Of a stretch of DNA of 58,707 nucleotides, positions 1 to 7,388 are shown piece after piece. Both the position numbers and the translations under genes were made by a program. The stretch lies in IMG/VR virus record IMGVR_UViG_2974696732_000001; one strand, written 5' to 3'. This DNA is from a virus (Duplodnaviria > Heunggongvirae > Uroviricota > Caudoviricetes). Positions within the stretch are counted from its first letter, which is position 1. The number at the start of each line of letters is the position of its first letter. Below the pieces are notes generated by a model. The model saw only the letters and a program-made list of their open reading frames with translations, was not told where the DNA came from and made no database searches.

Positions 1-541
1 GTCCGGGATATCTCGCAGGTCTTACAAGCATTTGGAGGCACATTCCTAGGTCTAACACGCATCTGGCCCTCGAATCCAAGGCAAATAGGCTTCATAAGCA
101 TCGAAATTAGCCCCGAAAAATCACTCAAAACAAGCAGGAATCACGATATTTCGCCCCTAAATCGGACATTTTGCCCTGATTCTGCCCCGAATCCAGCAAT
201 TTTAACAGTCATTCGTAAAGCAGCCCCAATCCAGCCCTCATTCAGCCCCTAAATCCCCCGAAAATTAGGCATTCATCGTAAATGGACCCCACAATCTAAG
301 GTTGAATAGGCTCACATGCCTTAGATTGATAGGATTGGTGTCGATTCTCCCCATATACACGAGACACTGACCAATCTGGCTGTGATTGGGGATATCAGAA
401 ATCCCCGGCAGTCTTAGAAGCCATTCGTAAATAGACTAAGTAAGCATACACGCATTATAGGTTGTTCTATGTATATGGGGTACAAGGACACCTATGACTA
501 CCGGCCTTGAATCATAGCTTTGTTGTCCATGTATATGGGAA

Positions 542-571
542 AAGCCCACACCAAAGTGTGGGCTTATTTTT
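542..571 (+). terminator. Intrinsic terminator-like hairpin in the non-coding left end
   Basis: AAGCCCACAC-CAAA-GTGTGGGCTT followed by ATTTTT. Confidence 0.6.
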
Positions 572-744
572 CTAACCAAATATGTCTCCAAAATCCGGGA
601 GTTTTCGGCCCCTTCGTAAAGGGAATCTCCGGGAAATTTAGGACGCTATCGTAAAGGGGAAAAAGTCGGACATGACGGACAAATCGTTGTCGATATTGGT
701 AGTCATCTAGTTAGTTAGGTTAGCTAAGTGTCCGGGGCGGACAA

Positions 745-830
745 TTGAAAGGTCCCTGGGGAGAGGCCGACCTTCCTCTAATTAAGCCCTCGCCAGAATG
801 ACTGATAGGGCCCCCAGGGACACACTTTAT
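745..830 (-). ncRNA. Candidate ~85-nt three-way-junction small RNA
   Basis: Lies downstream of promoter 837-865. Stems 752-761/812-821, 762-766/775-779 and 786-790/807-811. No ORF; a U-run follows. Confidence 0.45.
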
Positions 831-836
831 ACTTCT

Positions 837-865
837 ATGTTAGCAAGGCAGTGTTACCTTGTCAA
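837..865 (-). promoter_or_regulatory. sigma70/HrdB-type promoter
   Basis: TTGACA-17-TAACAT on the minus strand. Confidence 0.75.
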
Positions 866-877
866 CATCACTTTAGG

Positions 878-1087
878 TCACCATTCCAGCTCGTCTTCCA
901 CGCAGTAGTGGGACACGAACGGAACGACCCATCGGGTATTGAGAAGATGACCCCTCTCCGTCCACAGAGTCAGAGTTGCAGTCTTGGAATCGAACTCGAT
1001 TCCCTTTCCGCCTCCCTGAATGTTATCGAAGATGAGTTCCCTTCGGACTCCCTCTTCCAGAACGATTACGGTTACCCTGTGAGTCAT
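878..1087 (-). CDS. Hypothetical early protein (69 aa)
   Basis: RBS AAGGGGA 4 nt before ATG; directly follows the 1097-1273 gene. Confidence 0.75.
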   Translation of the reverse strand: MTHRVTVIVLEEGVRRELIFDNIQGGGKGIEFDSKTATLTLWTERGHLLNTRWVVPFVSHYCVEDELEW

Positions 1088-1096
1088 TGCTTCCCC

Positions 1097-1273
1097 TTAC
1101 ACCGGCTCGTTCGGAATGATTACCTCGGTGTTGTCAGCGTTTCGGTAAACCGAGCAGTGACCACAAAGAGGTGTCTCAACATCGTTCAGGTTGAAGGTGC
1201 CGATGGCCCTGCGAGCGAAGCAACCTTCGCAGTCTTCGTTCTCTTCCGGACCGAAGGCCATGACCATCGCCAT
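1097..1273 (-). CDS. Small CxxC...CxxC zinc-finger-like protein (58 aa, not in ORF track)
   Basis: Translated by hand: MAMVMAFGPEENEDCEGCFARR...PLCGHCSVY...; RBS GAAAGGGG; own promoter. Confidence 0.75.
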   Translation of the reverse strand: MAMVMAFGPEENEDCEGCFARRAIGTFNLNDVETPLCGHCSVYRNADNTEVIIPNEPV

Positions 1274-1296
1274 GTCTTTCCCCTTTCGTTGATACG

Positions 1297-1325
1297 AGTC
1301 TAGCAGACTACAAGGACACTGTCTA
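1297..1325 (-). promoter_or_regulatory. Early promoter
   Basis: TAGACA-17-TAGACT. Confidence 0.8.
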
Positions 1326-1403
1326 CCCTGCCGGGCGATTGTCCGGGGCCGCCAAAATCCCCCTAAACCCTTCTGGGCTAGGGGGACTGGCGTGCCTACT
1401 GCA

Positions 1404-2417
1404 TTACGCAGCGAGGCTCAGGACCGCCTTACGGATGCGGTTCTTTTCGGCGTTGACCACCGGGTCGAAACCGCTGGCAGCGATGAACAGGTTGTCCACG
1501 TTGCCACCACGGGGCATCCGGTACCAGTCGATACGCTCGGTCAGAGCGTTCAGGGCACCGGCCATGGTTCCGGCCAGAGATTGAGTGGTCTTCGGACCGG
1601 GGGCCGTGTCGGTGAAGATGCCCATGAGCAGGTCACGCTTCGACTCCCACTTGACCATGCTGCCCTTGACATCCTTCTCGGGCTTGGGGTAGAGAGCCTG
1701 AACGATGCTGTCGAACTGGTCGCGCGTGCACTTGGCAGCGGCCAGCGTGGTCAGCTCACGCTCCAGCTCATCCCCGTACGCGAAGGTGATGTTCAGGGCC
1801 TCACGCGCGGCAGCCATGCGACCCTCGATGGTCTGCGTGTGGCGCATCTTGAACTGCTGCTTCACACCGTTACGGAGTGCGAAGTTCAGCGTGTTCTGAC
1901 ACACGACACGGACCGGAGTGACGGACGCCTGAACGGCCACGGAACCATCGTGAGAGGTGTTGACCAGCAGATAGAGCTTGGTCACGTCGTCGTCACCGAT
2001 GACGATGTCACGAGAGATGGACAGAGACCCGAAGACCACACGCCCATCCTTGATGGAACCGGCAGTCTCCCAGGTTCCACCACCCGCGAGGATGCCGTCA
2101 CCGAAGCCGAACAGGTCTTCGTTCTGGACGACCTTGTACCGCTCGCCCACCGTGGCCAGAACGTCGTTCCGACCGGTGAAGGGGTTGGTACGGACCACCA
2201 TGTGCGGCTCGGTCACGAAGTCATAGGAGTCCGAGACCAGACCCATGATTTCCTTGACCGACTCCAGACGGACGTCCCAGCCCTTGAGGTGAGCCAGAGA
2301 CAGCATCTCGTCGGTGGTCAGCTCTCCCTCGAACACGGTTCCGAGGTTGTGCCACGCGGGCTCGTTGCGAGAAGCGAACGCGACCTGACCCTTGGAACCA
2401 ATCTCAAGACCGTGCAT
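1404..2417 (-). CDS. DUF932-family (phage/plasmid TIGR03299-like) protein, 337 aa
   Basis: Motifs AWHNLG, WETAGSIKDGRVVF, LLVNTSHDGS, TPVRVVCQNTL, MRHT. Start moved to ATG 2417 (RBS AGGAGG, downstream of the promoter). Confidence 0.85.
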   Translation of the reverse strand: MHGLEIGSKGQVAFASRNEPAWHNLGTVFEGELTTDEMLSLAHLKGWDVRLESVKEIMGLVSDSYDFVTEPHMVVRTNPFTGRNDVLATVGERYKVVQNEDLFGFGDGILAGGGTWETAGSIKDGRVVFGSLSISRDIVIGDDDVTKLYLLVNTSHDGSVAVQASVTPVRVVCQNTLNFALRNGVKQQFKMRHTQTIEGRMAAAREALNITFAYGDELERELTTLAAAKCTRDQFDSIVQALYPKPEKDVKGSMVKWESKRDLLMGIFTDTAPGPKTTQSLAGTMAGALNALTERIDWYRMPRGGNVDNLFIAASGFDPVVNAEKNRIRKAVLSLAA

Positions 2418-2475
2418 GTTGTGCCTCCTAGGCAGATTGGTGTAAGGGCTGGTTTCCCTGCCCTTCGATGTCTCT

Positions 2476-2505
2476 AGTCTAGCAGTAAGCAAGGGTGGAT
2501 GTCTA
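2476..2505 (-). promoter_or_regulatory. Early promoter
   Basis: TAGACA-18-TAGACT. Confidence 0.8.
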
Positions 2506-2612
2506 CCCACACTGCCGGGCTCGATGTCCATAATGTCCGATTTGCCGGTTGGCCGGGCCGGACACACCGAAGCCCCCTCCGGAGAGGGGGCAGAGTGCGA
2601 GTCTTAGGAGAC

Positions 2613-3059
2613 TCAGTAGGCCGCGTCCAGCAGGGCACGCTCCCAGTCGGCCAGGTACATGCCGTTCAGCTTGGCCACGTAGGCGTCCACGATGTCCTTG
2701 GAGTCCTTGAGACCCAGACCCGTCTTCTCGCGGAGCTGCTTGATGCACTGAATCTTCTTGTGGGAACCGACCTCACGAACGATGTCCTTGACCAGCTCCT
2801 CACCCTGCGCCTTGACGCGCTTCTCGATGTCCCGGAGACGGGTCAGCTCCCAGCTCGTGGGCTGCTCGGCGTCGGCCTTGCCGGAGGCGTAGCCGTTCTT
2901 GTGGCCCTCGTTGTAGCCCTTGTCCTCGGCCACCCGCTGGACCTCGATGTGGTGGTCCATCATGCGACGGGCCAGACGCATCGCCTGGTCGAAGCTCATG
3001 TGCGGCTGCTCGTCGTGCAGCATGACCAGGTAGACGGCGAGGTTGACGTTGGCGCTCAT
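2613..3059 (-). CDS. Protein with a ribosomal L7/L12 C-terminal-like motif
   Basis: KIQCIKQLREKTGLGLKDSKDIVD resembles the bL12 motif KIxxIKxVRxxTGLGLKEAKDLVE. Confidence 0.7.
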   Translation of the reverse strand: MSANVNLAVYLVMLHDEQPHMSFDQAMRLARRMMDHHIEVQRVAEDKGYNEGHKNGYASGKADAEQPTSWELTRLRDIEKRVKAQGEELVKDIVREVGSHKKIQCIKQLREKTGLGLKDSKDIVDAYVAKLNGMYLADWERALLDAAY

Positions 3060-3105
3060 GTTAGTCTCCGTTTCTCAGGGGGTCCGTCCCCCTTTCGATG
3101 TTCTA

Positions 3106-3135
3106 AGTCTACACGATGACAGGGACAAGGGTCAA
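3106..3135 (-). promoter_or_regulatory. Early promoter
   Basis: TTGACC-18-TAGACT. Confidence 0.85.
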
Positions 3136-3201
3136 CACCGCCTGTGTGCTGATTTTTGTCCGGGCCCGACACGGGCCCCAGAAGTCAAGGGCCCGGTAGG
3201 G

Positions 3202-3492
3202 TCAAGGGTTCGTGTGTCCCCTTTTCAGTAGTATCTGTTCGATGACGAATTTGGAATCCATCACACGATTGAATTCGTCATCTGAGCGACTTTCCGTTCT
3301 TCCTGCCCACGCATTGAGCAGAGAGATGATGAATTGAAACATCACCGCTTGCACAGGCTCAGGGTAGGTAGAAAGGAGGTAGGCGAATGCATGGGGGTCG
3401 AAAGACCGTTTGTCCATTTCATCGATGAGCTTATTCGCCAGACGCTCATACGATGTGGGACGTGGTGTTACGAGTCGCGCACCCTCATACAT
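3202..3492 (-). CDS. Hypothetical protein (start uncertain; ATG 3492 chosen)
   Basis: The 3' part of the track ORF 3202-3663 is protein-like; its 5' part overlaps the gene at 3527-3694. Confidence 0.55.
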   Translation of the reverse strand: MYEGARLVTPRPTSYERLANKLIDEMDKRSFDPHAFAYLLSTYPEPVQAVMFQFIISLLNAWAGRTESRSDDEFNRVMDSKFVIEQILLKRGHTNP

Positions 3493-3526
3493 GTCAGGTG
3501 CGATGATGCTTGTTCGTTTGAAGGGA

Positions 3527-3694
3527 CTACGCGCCACCCTCTCCCCCAAAATCCTGCGTTGTACCGTAGCCGTCTGAGACACTGACAGACAGGCCCAGCA
3601 CCTTTGCCATGAACTCAGCCGTAGCTGTGGCAAAGGGCCAGGCACTGTCGTGAGCGTCATCATCAGGCGTGTCGATTTCGATGATGACTGACAT
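3527..3694 (-). CDS. Small acidic hypothetical protein (55 aa, not in track)
   Basis: MSVIIEIDTPDDDAHDSAWPF...; RBS AGGATAGGA; packed behind the lsr2-like gene. Confidence 0.65.
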   Translation of the reverse strand: MSVIIEIDTPDDDAHDSAWPFATATAEFMAKVLGLSVSVSDGYGTTQDFGGEGGA

Positions 3695-3703
3695 GTTCCT
3701 ATC

Positions 3704-4222
3704 CTATCGCGCGTGAACCTCTACGTCCATCCCGAGCACCACCGGGGAGCCACAGCCGCAGTGCGACAGGCTGTAACCGCACTTGCACACCTCGCGCTCC
3801 GAGAGACGGATACGCTTGTTGCCGTACCAAGCGGTGTACTCCGTACGGGGCGAACGGGTCGGGTTGGCGTGCGGACGGACATCCTTGCCCGTCACCTTGA
3901 CGTGGACGCCGGGCGCAGCGGGCTTGACCTCCGGGTTGTCCGCCTTGTAAGCGGCCAGCACCTCAGCGGAGAGACGACCACGGGCCGAAACGGTCATGCC
4001 CTTGGAAGTGGCCCACGCACGGACCGCCTTCGCATCGAACTGTCCGGCCTTGGGAGCGGCCTTGACGACCTTGCGCGGAGTGGCGTCGGTGTCGGTGAAG
4101 ACCTTGCCCGACTTCTCAGCCTCCGCGATGGCCTCGTATGCGGCAGCGCTCATCCGGCCACGGGACTCCTTGGCCAGGCCCAGAGAGACAGCGTACGCGC
4201 GACGGGTCATGTTGACGTTCAT
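3704..4222 (-). CDS. Lsr2-like DNA-binding protein with two RGR motifs and a C-terminal Cys/His cluster
   Basis: AKAVRAWATSKGMTVSARGRLSAEVLAAYKA matches the Lsr2 DNA-binding domain; degenerate N-terminal copy ESRGRMSAAAYEAI; CKCGYSLSHCGCG. Confidence 0.8.
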   Translation of the reverse strand: MNVNMTRRAYAVSLGLAKESRGRMSAAAYEAIAEAEKSGKVFTDTDATPRKVVKAAPKAGQFDAKAVRAWATSKGMTVSARGRLSAEVLAAYKADNPEVKPAAPGVHVKVTGKDVRPHANPTRSPRTEYTAWYGNKRIRLSEREVCKCGYSLSHCGCGSPVVLGMDVEVHAR

Positions 4223-4249
4223 GGGGTTTCCTTCCCTCGGTGTGCACTC

Positions 4250-4278
4250 AGTCTATCGGATTGAAGGCGGAGAGGCAA
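4250..4278 (-). promoter_or_regulatory. Early promoter (proximal, lsr2-like gene)
   Basis: TTGCCT-17-TAGACT. Confidence 0.75.
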
Positions 4279-4319
4279 GCCCCGGTGCAGAGGTTGGTTT
4301 CCCTCCCCTTCATGTCTCT

Positions 4320-4349
4320 AGTATAGAGGACGTAACAGGGTCATGTCTA
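4320..4349 (-). promoter_or_regulatory. Early promoter (distal, tandem)
   Basis: TAGACA-18-TATACT. Confidence 0.75.
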
Positions 4350-4420
4350 CAGCCTAGAATGTCCGTTTTGTCCGATATGCCCGTTGTCCGGGCCCGACAT
4401 GCCCCCGAAGGGGCAAGGGG

Positions 4421-5155
4421 CTAAGCCTTCCTGCGCTTAGGAACCTTAGAGGCGAATCGGATATCCGCCTTACCAAAGATGCAAAGGCCACACGTCACAC
4501 ATGCGCCTCCATCCTTAGTGATAAGGGGAATGCGCTTGGCATTCTCAGGGCAGATAGCGCCAGGCTTACCAGTTTCGGTAAGCATGAATTCCTTGCCCTT
4601 TTCGTGAGTCTCGTCAAGGTAGGCAAGACGCACAGACGGATATTCCTTTTGCGTTTCCAGCGCCTTTTCCTTGTTCTCACTGTCTACACTGAGATACACA
4701 GAGAGATTGGGCAGACCGTAGATGAATCCCACGTACTCGAAAGAGCGCGTGTAAATCCAGAATTGCACATCCGGAAAGGATTCACAGGTCATTTCGATGG
4801 CCTCTGCATAGGTGGCAGAGAAAATGTCACCATCTGCGTGCCAGCGGAATACCTTGGGAACGTTGTGCTTTTCGCATTCCTCTCGGAACTCACTCACCAT
4901 TTCGGCAAGCAAGTAAACCATTCGAATGAGGCTTGCGTCTTTCAGCAATTCCCAATTGTGCAGGGCAAGGTCACGGAATGCCGGGTATTGCTTTTCCAGC
5001 TTACCGGCATAGCAGACCGTCTCACACACGCCGGTCGCGCCAGGGCAGGAATACGCCTTGCCACTGGGCAGGGAGAATGCGTTTTTGATGAGAGACTGAG
5101 TGCCAGCACCGTTTGCACGATTGGCAGTCTTACGGTCGTGCGAGCGCTTGAGCAT
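4421..5155 (-). CDS. gp88-like (mycobacteriophage gene product 88) Cys-rich, possibly Fe-S/radical-SAM-like protein
   Basis: FSLPSGKAYSCPGATGVCETVCYAGK, FRWHADGD, FWIYTRS, C-terminal CPE...CVTCGLC. Start moved to ATG 5155 (RBS GAAAGGA). Confidence 0.7.
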   Translation of the reverse strand: MLKRSHDRKTANRANGAGTQSLIKNAFSLPSGKAYSCPGATGVCETVCYAGKLEKQYPAFRDLALHNWELLKDASLIRMVYLLAEMVSEFREECEKHNVPKVFRWHADGDIFSATYAEAIEMTCESFPDVQFWIYTRSFEYVGFIYGLPNLSVYLSVDSENKEKALETQKEYPSVRLAYLDETHEKGKEFMLTETGKPGAICPENAKRIPLITKDGGACVTCGLCIFGKADIRFASKVPKRRKA

Positions 5156-5181
5156 GACAGTCCTTTCGTTGACGTAAGTCG

Positions 5182-5210
5182 AGTCTATCAGAGACAGGCT
5201 ACGTAAACAA
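5182..5210 (-). promoter_or_regulatory. Early promoter
   Basis: TTGTTT-17-TAGACT. Confidence 0.7.
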
Positions 5211-5297
5211 GCCCTCAAAATGTCCGTTTTGCCCGATGTCCGGGGCGGCCAAAGGCCCCCTCCAAACGGAGGGGGCCAAGTGGGTTGAACTGGTGAC

Positions 5298-5471
5298 TCA
5301 CTCGGAGTCGGAAGGAGCGAACTCGCCCTGCTCGAACGCGATGTCGAGGAAGCGCTGCGCCTGCTCGCTGTCCAGGTGGGCGATGGCCTCGTTCACGAGG
5401 GTCTGCCGGGTGCTGGCCTTGAGCGGGGTGTTGGCGAAGGAACGGGCGATGGTGTCGAGGACGAGCTGCAT
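5298..5471 (-). CDS. Small hypothetical protein (57 aa, not in track)
   Basis: MQLVLDTIARSFANTPLKAST...; RBS GAAGGAG; own promoter and terminator hairpin; high GC3. Confidence 0.8.
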   Translation of the reverse strand: MQLVLDTIARSFANTPLKASTRQTLVNEAIAHLDSEQAQRFLDIAFEQGEFAPSDSE

Positions 5472-5517
5472 GGTGATTCTCCTTCTCTAGGGGGTGTTTC
5501 CCCCTTTCGATACCCTA

Positions 5518-5547
5518 AGTCTACACGACGCCTAGGGCTGTGTGCAA
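5518..5547 (-). promoter_or_regulatory. Early promoter
   Basis: TTGCAC-18-TAGACT. Confidence 0.8.
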
Positions 5548-5606
5548 GCCTGAATCTGAGGTGATTTTTGTCCGGCCCGGACACAGACCCCCGAAGGGGC
5601 CCGGTG

Positions 5607-5666
5607 TCAGAAGAGAATGAGCAGAATGAACAGGACTGCGATGAGCCACACATACCCATCACGCAT
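5607..5666 (-). CDS. 19-aa hydrophobic micropeptide
   Basis: MRDGYVWLIAVLFILLILF; RBS GGGAGG; overlaps the stop of the upstream micro-ORF; ends at the cassette hairpin. Confidence 0.5.
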   Translation of the reverse strand: MRDGYVWLIAVLFILLILF

Positions 5667-5736
5667 TCTCGCACACCTCCCGGTACCAAGCGTAGTGCGT
5701 GTAGGGGTAGAAGTGAAGCCATTCCACGAAGTACAT
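5659..5736 (-). CDS. 25-aa aromatic-rich micropeptide
   Basis: MYFVEWLHFYPYTHYAWYREVCENA; RBS AGGAG. Confidence 0.5.
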   Translation of the reverse strand: MYFVEWLHFYPYTHYAWYREVCENA

Positions 5737-5743
5737 GACACTC

Positions 5744-6043
5744 CTAGAAGAGTTCGGGTCCGGACTCGCTGTCTTCCGTCCAGTCCTCAGTATACTCGAT
5801 GAACTCGACGTTCAGCAACCACGCGATAAGAACTCGGTGGTGTCCGTTGAAAACGGTGTTCGACTCCACCATGTAGATGATGGGGTCAAGGATGCCCTTG
5901 GAGCAAGATTCAACAAACTCAGGGTTTCCCTCAAAGAGGTCGTTGAACTTCTCTTCGAACATCTGCCAGGTGGTGTGACCCTTGGCCTCAGCATCATTGA
6001 AGATAGCCGACTCAATCAGCTTCGCAACAGATACCTTGGCCAT
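5744..6043 (-). CDS. ParB/Srx-like N-terminal domain protein
   Basis: ILDPIIY...VFNGHHRVLIA resembles the ParBc DGHHR motif. Confidence 0.6.
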   Translation of the reverse strand: MAKVSVAKLIESAIFNDAEAKGHTTWQMFEEKFNDLFEGNPEFVESCSKGILDPIIYMVESNTVFNGHHRVLIAWLLNVEFIEYTEDWTEDSESGPELF

Positions 6044-6069
6044 GTCGCCCTCCTTGGCTTGATAGGTCT

Positions 6070-6098
6070 AGTCTACATGAGTACAAGGGCTGTGTCTA
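6070..6098 (-). promoter_or_regulatory. Early promoter
   Basis: TAGACA-17-TAGACT. Confidence 0.8.
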
Positions 6099-6154
6099 GT
6101 GCCGGGCCAAATTGTCCGGGGCGGCCAAATGGGGCCCCGGAGGGCCCCATTGGG

Positions 6155-6427
6155 TCAGTCTTCGCTGGTGTCCTTCTGGCTCACCAGCTTCGCACGGCCG
6201 AGCAGAGAGGCGTCGGCCTCCTTCCACTTCTTGACCGGCTTGCCGACTCGCACACGGGGGAACCGAGCGATGATGGCACGCGCACGGGTCTCGTCCGCCT
6301 CCAGGATGTCGAACCGCTGGAAGGGGGCACGGGTGGCGATGGGGCCGAACTCGATGTCCACCCCCTGGACAATCATGGCCACGCGGAGGGAGAGGGCGTC
6401 ACGGACGGGAACGATACCGGCAATCAT
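6155..6427 (-). CDS. Hypothetical early protein (90 aa)
   Basis: RBS AGGAG; high GC3; followed by hairpin and palindrome. Confidence 0.75.
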   Translation of the reverse strand: MIAGIVPVRDALSLRVAMIVQGVDIEFGPIATRAPFQRFDILEADETRARAIIARFPRVRVGKPVKKWKEADASLLGRAKLVSQKDTSED

Positions 6428-6541
6428 GTGAACTCCTGAGAGTCGAAGTAAGCTGGGGTATTCAGTTATCAGAGACTTTGGCAGGAAGGGAAAAACCTCA
6501 CGTTGCGAGGCCCTGTGGCCTGTCCCCTTGTGCTTAGCTAG

Positions 6542-6571
6542 AGTCTATCAGCCTGACCTAGTTGCAGTCAA
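6542..6571 (-). promoter_or_regulatory. Early promoter with a ~110-nt leader containing a terminator-like hairpin (6491-6510)
   Basis: TTGACT-18-TAGACT; leader contains CCTCGC-AAC-GTGAGG-TTTTT. Confidence 0.7.
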
Positions 6572-6740
6572 CCAGGTATTCGGGCTCGTCGTCCTCGGAG
6601 ACCGTCCAGATGTCGGCCAGCCAACCCTTACGGATGACACCGGCCGTCTCGAACTTGTGCGGCTCAGCGGACTCACGAACCGCATCTGCGTACTCCTCTT
6701 CGGAGATGATGCTGTAACCCTCGGGAATCTCGAACGTCAT
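6558..6740 (-). CDS. Small acidic hypothetical protein (60 aa)
   Basis: RBS GAGGAG; own promoter. Confidence 0.75.
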   Translation of the reverse strand: MTFEIPEGYSIISEEEYADAVRESAEPHKFETAGVIRKGWLADIWTVSEDDEPEYLVDCN

Positions 6741-6785
6741 GACCGCTCCTCTCGTTGGGAGGCTTCCCTCCCTCTCGATGTTCTA

Positions 6786-6814
6786 AGTCTACATGACCGA
6801 TGGGACAGGCGCAA
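6786..6814 (-). promoter_or_regulatory. Early promoter
   Basis: TTGCGC-17-TAGACT. Confidence 0.8.
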
Positions 6815-6876
6815 CAACCAATATTCGTTAGTCTGCCTAAGTTGTCCGGGGCCGACAGGCCCCGAAGGGCCCTTTG

Positions 6877-7032
6877 TCAGTCTCCCATGTCGTCCAGATG
6901 AGCATCCGGAGCGGGCTCGAACTCAAGGAAGGTGTCTTCGAAAATCACCATCCATGCGTAGCCCTCACGATTGTCCGGATTGCACTTGCCACGGTGCATG
7001 TCACCCATGGCAGCGCCACATTCGATGCACAT
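6877..7032 (-). CDS. Small Cys/His protein (51 aa, not in track)
   Basis: MCIECGAAMGDMHRGKC...; TGATG overlap with the upstream stop. Confidence 0.7.
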   Translation of the reverse strand: MCIECGAAMGDMHRGKCNPDNREGYAWMVIFEDTFLEFEPAPDAHLDDMGD

Positions 7033-7256
7033 CAGCGCCCCAGGTTGTAGAGAGAGGCAACCAGCATCTCAACTCGGTTGACTCGAATCGAAAGGCGGGA
7101 GCCGTTCGCGTCGGTGAGGGTGAACAGCTTCATGTCGTTGTGAACCGCTTCGGTCCATGCCAGATTGATGGCATCGGGCGTGGTGTCCTTGATGTAGGCC
7201 ACCAGCGTCTTGTCACGGTCGTGGAAGTACAGCTCAACACGAACATCGTTCAGCAT
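7032..7256 (-). CDS. Hypothetical early protein (74 aa)
   Basis: RBS AGAGGA; own promoter. Confidence 0.75.
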   Translation of the reverse strand: MLNDVRVELYFHDRDKTLVAYIKDTTPDAINLAWTEAVHNDMKLFTLTDANGSRLSIRVNRVEMLVASLYNLGR

Positions 7257-7301
7257 GGTGCATCCTCTCTTCCGGGAGCTTTTCTCCCTTTCGATGCTCT
7301 A

Positions 7302-7330
7302 ACTCTACAGCATGTGGGAGGCAGATACAA
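7302..7330 (-). promoter_or_regulatory. Early promoter
   Basis: TTGTAT-17-TAGAGT. Confidence 0.75.
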
Positions 7331-7388
7331 CCCCAATTTGAAAGTGTCCGGGCCCGACACGGGCCCCGAAGGGCCCGGCGGAAAGGTG

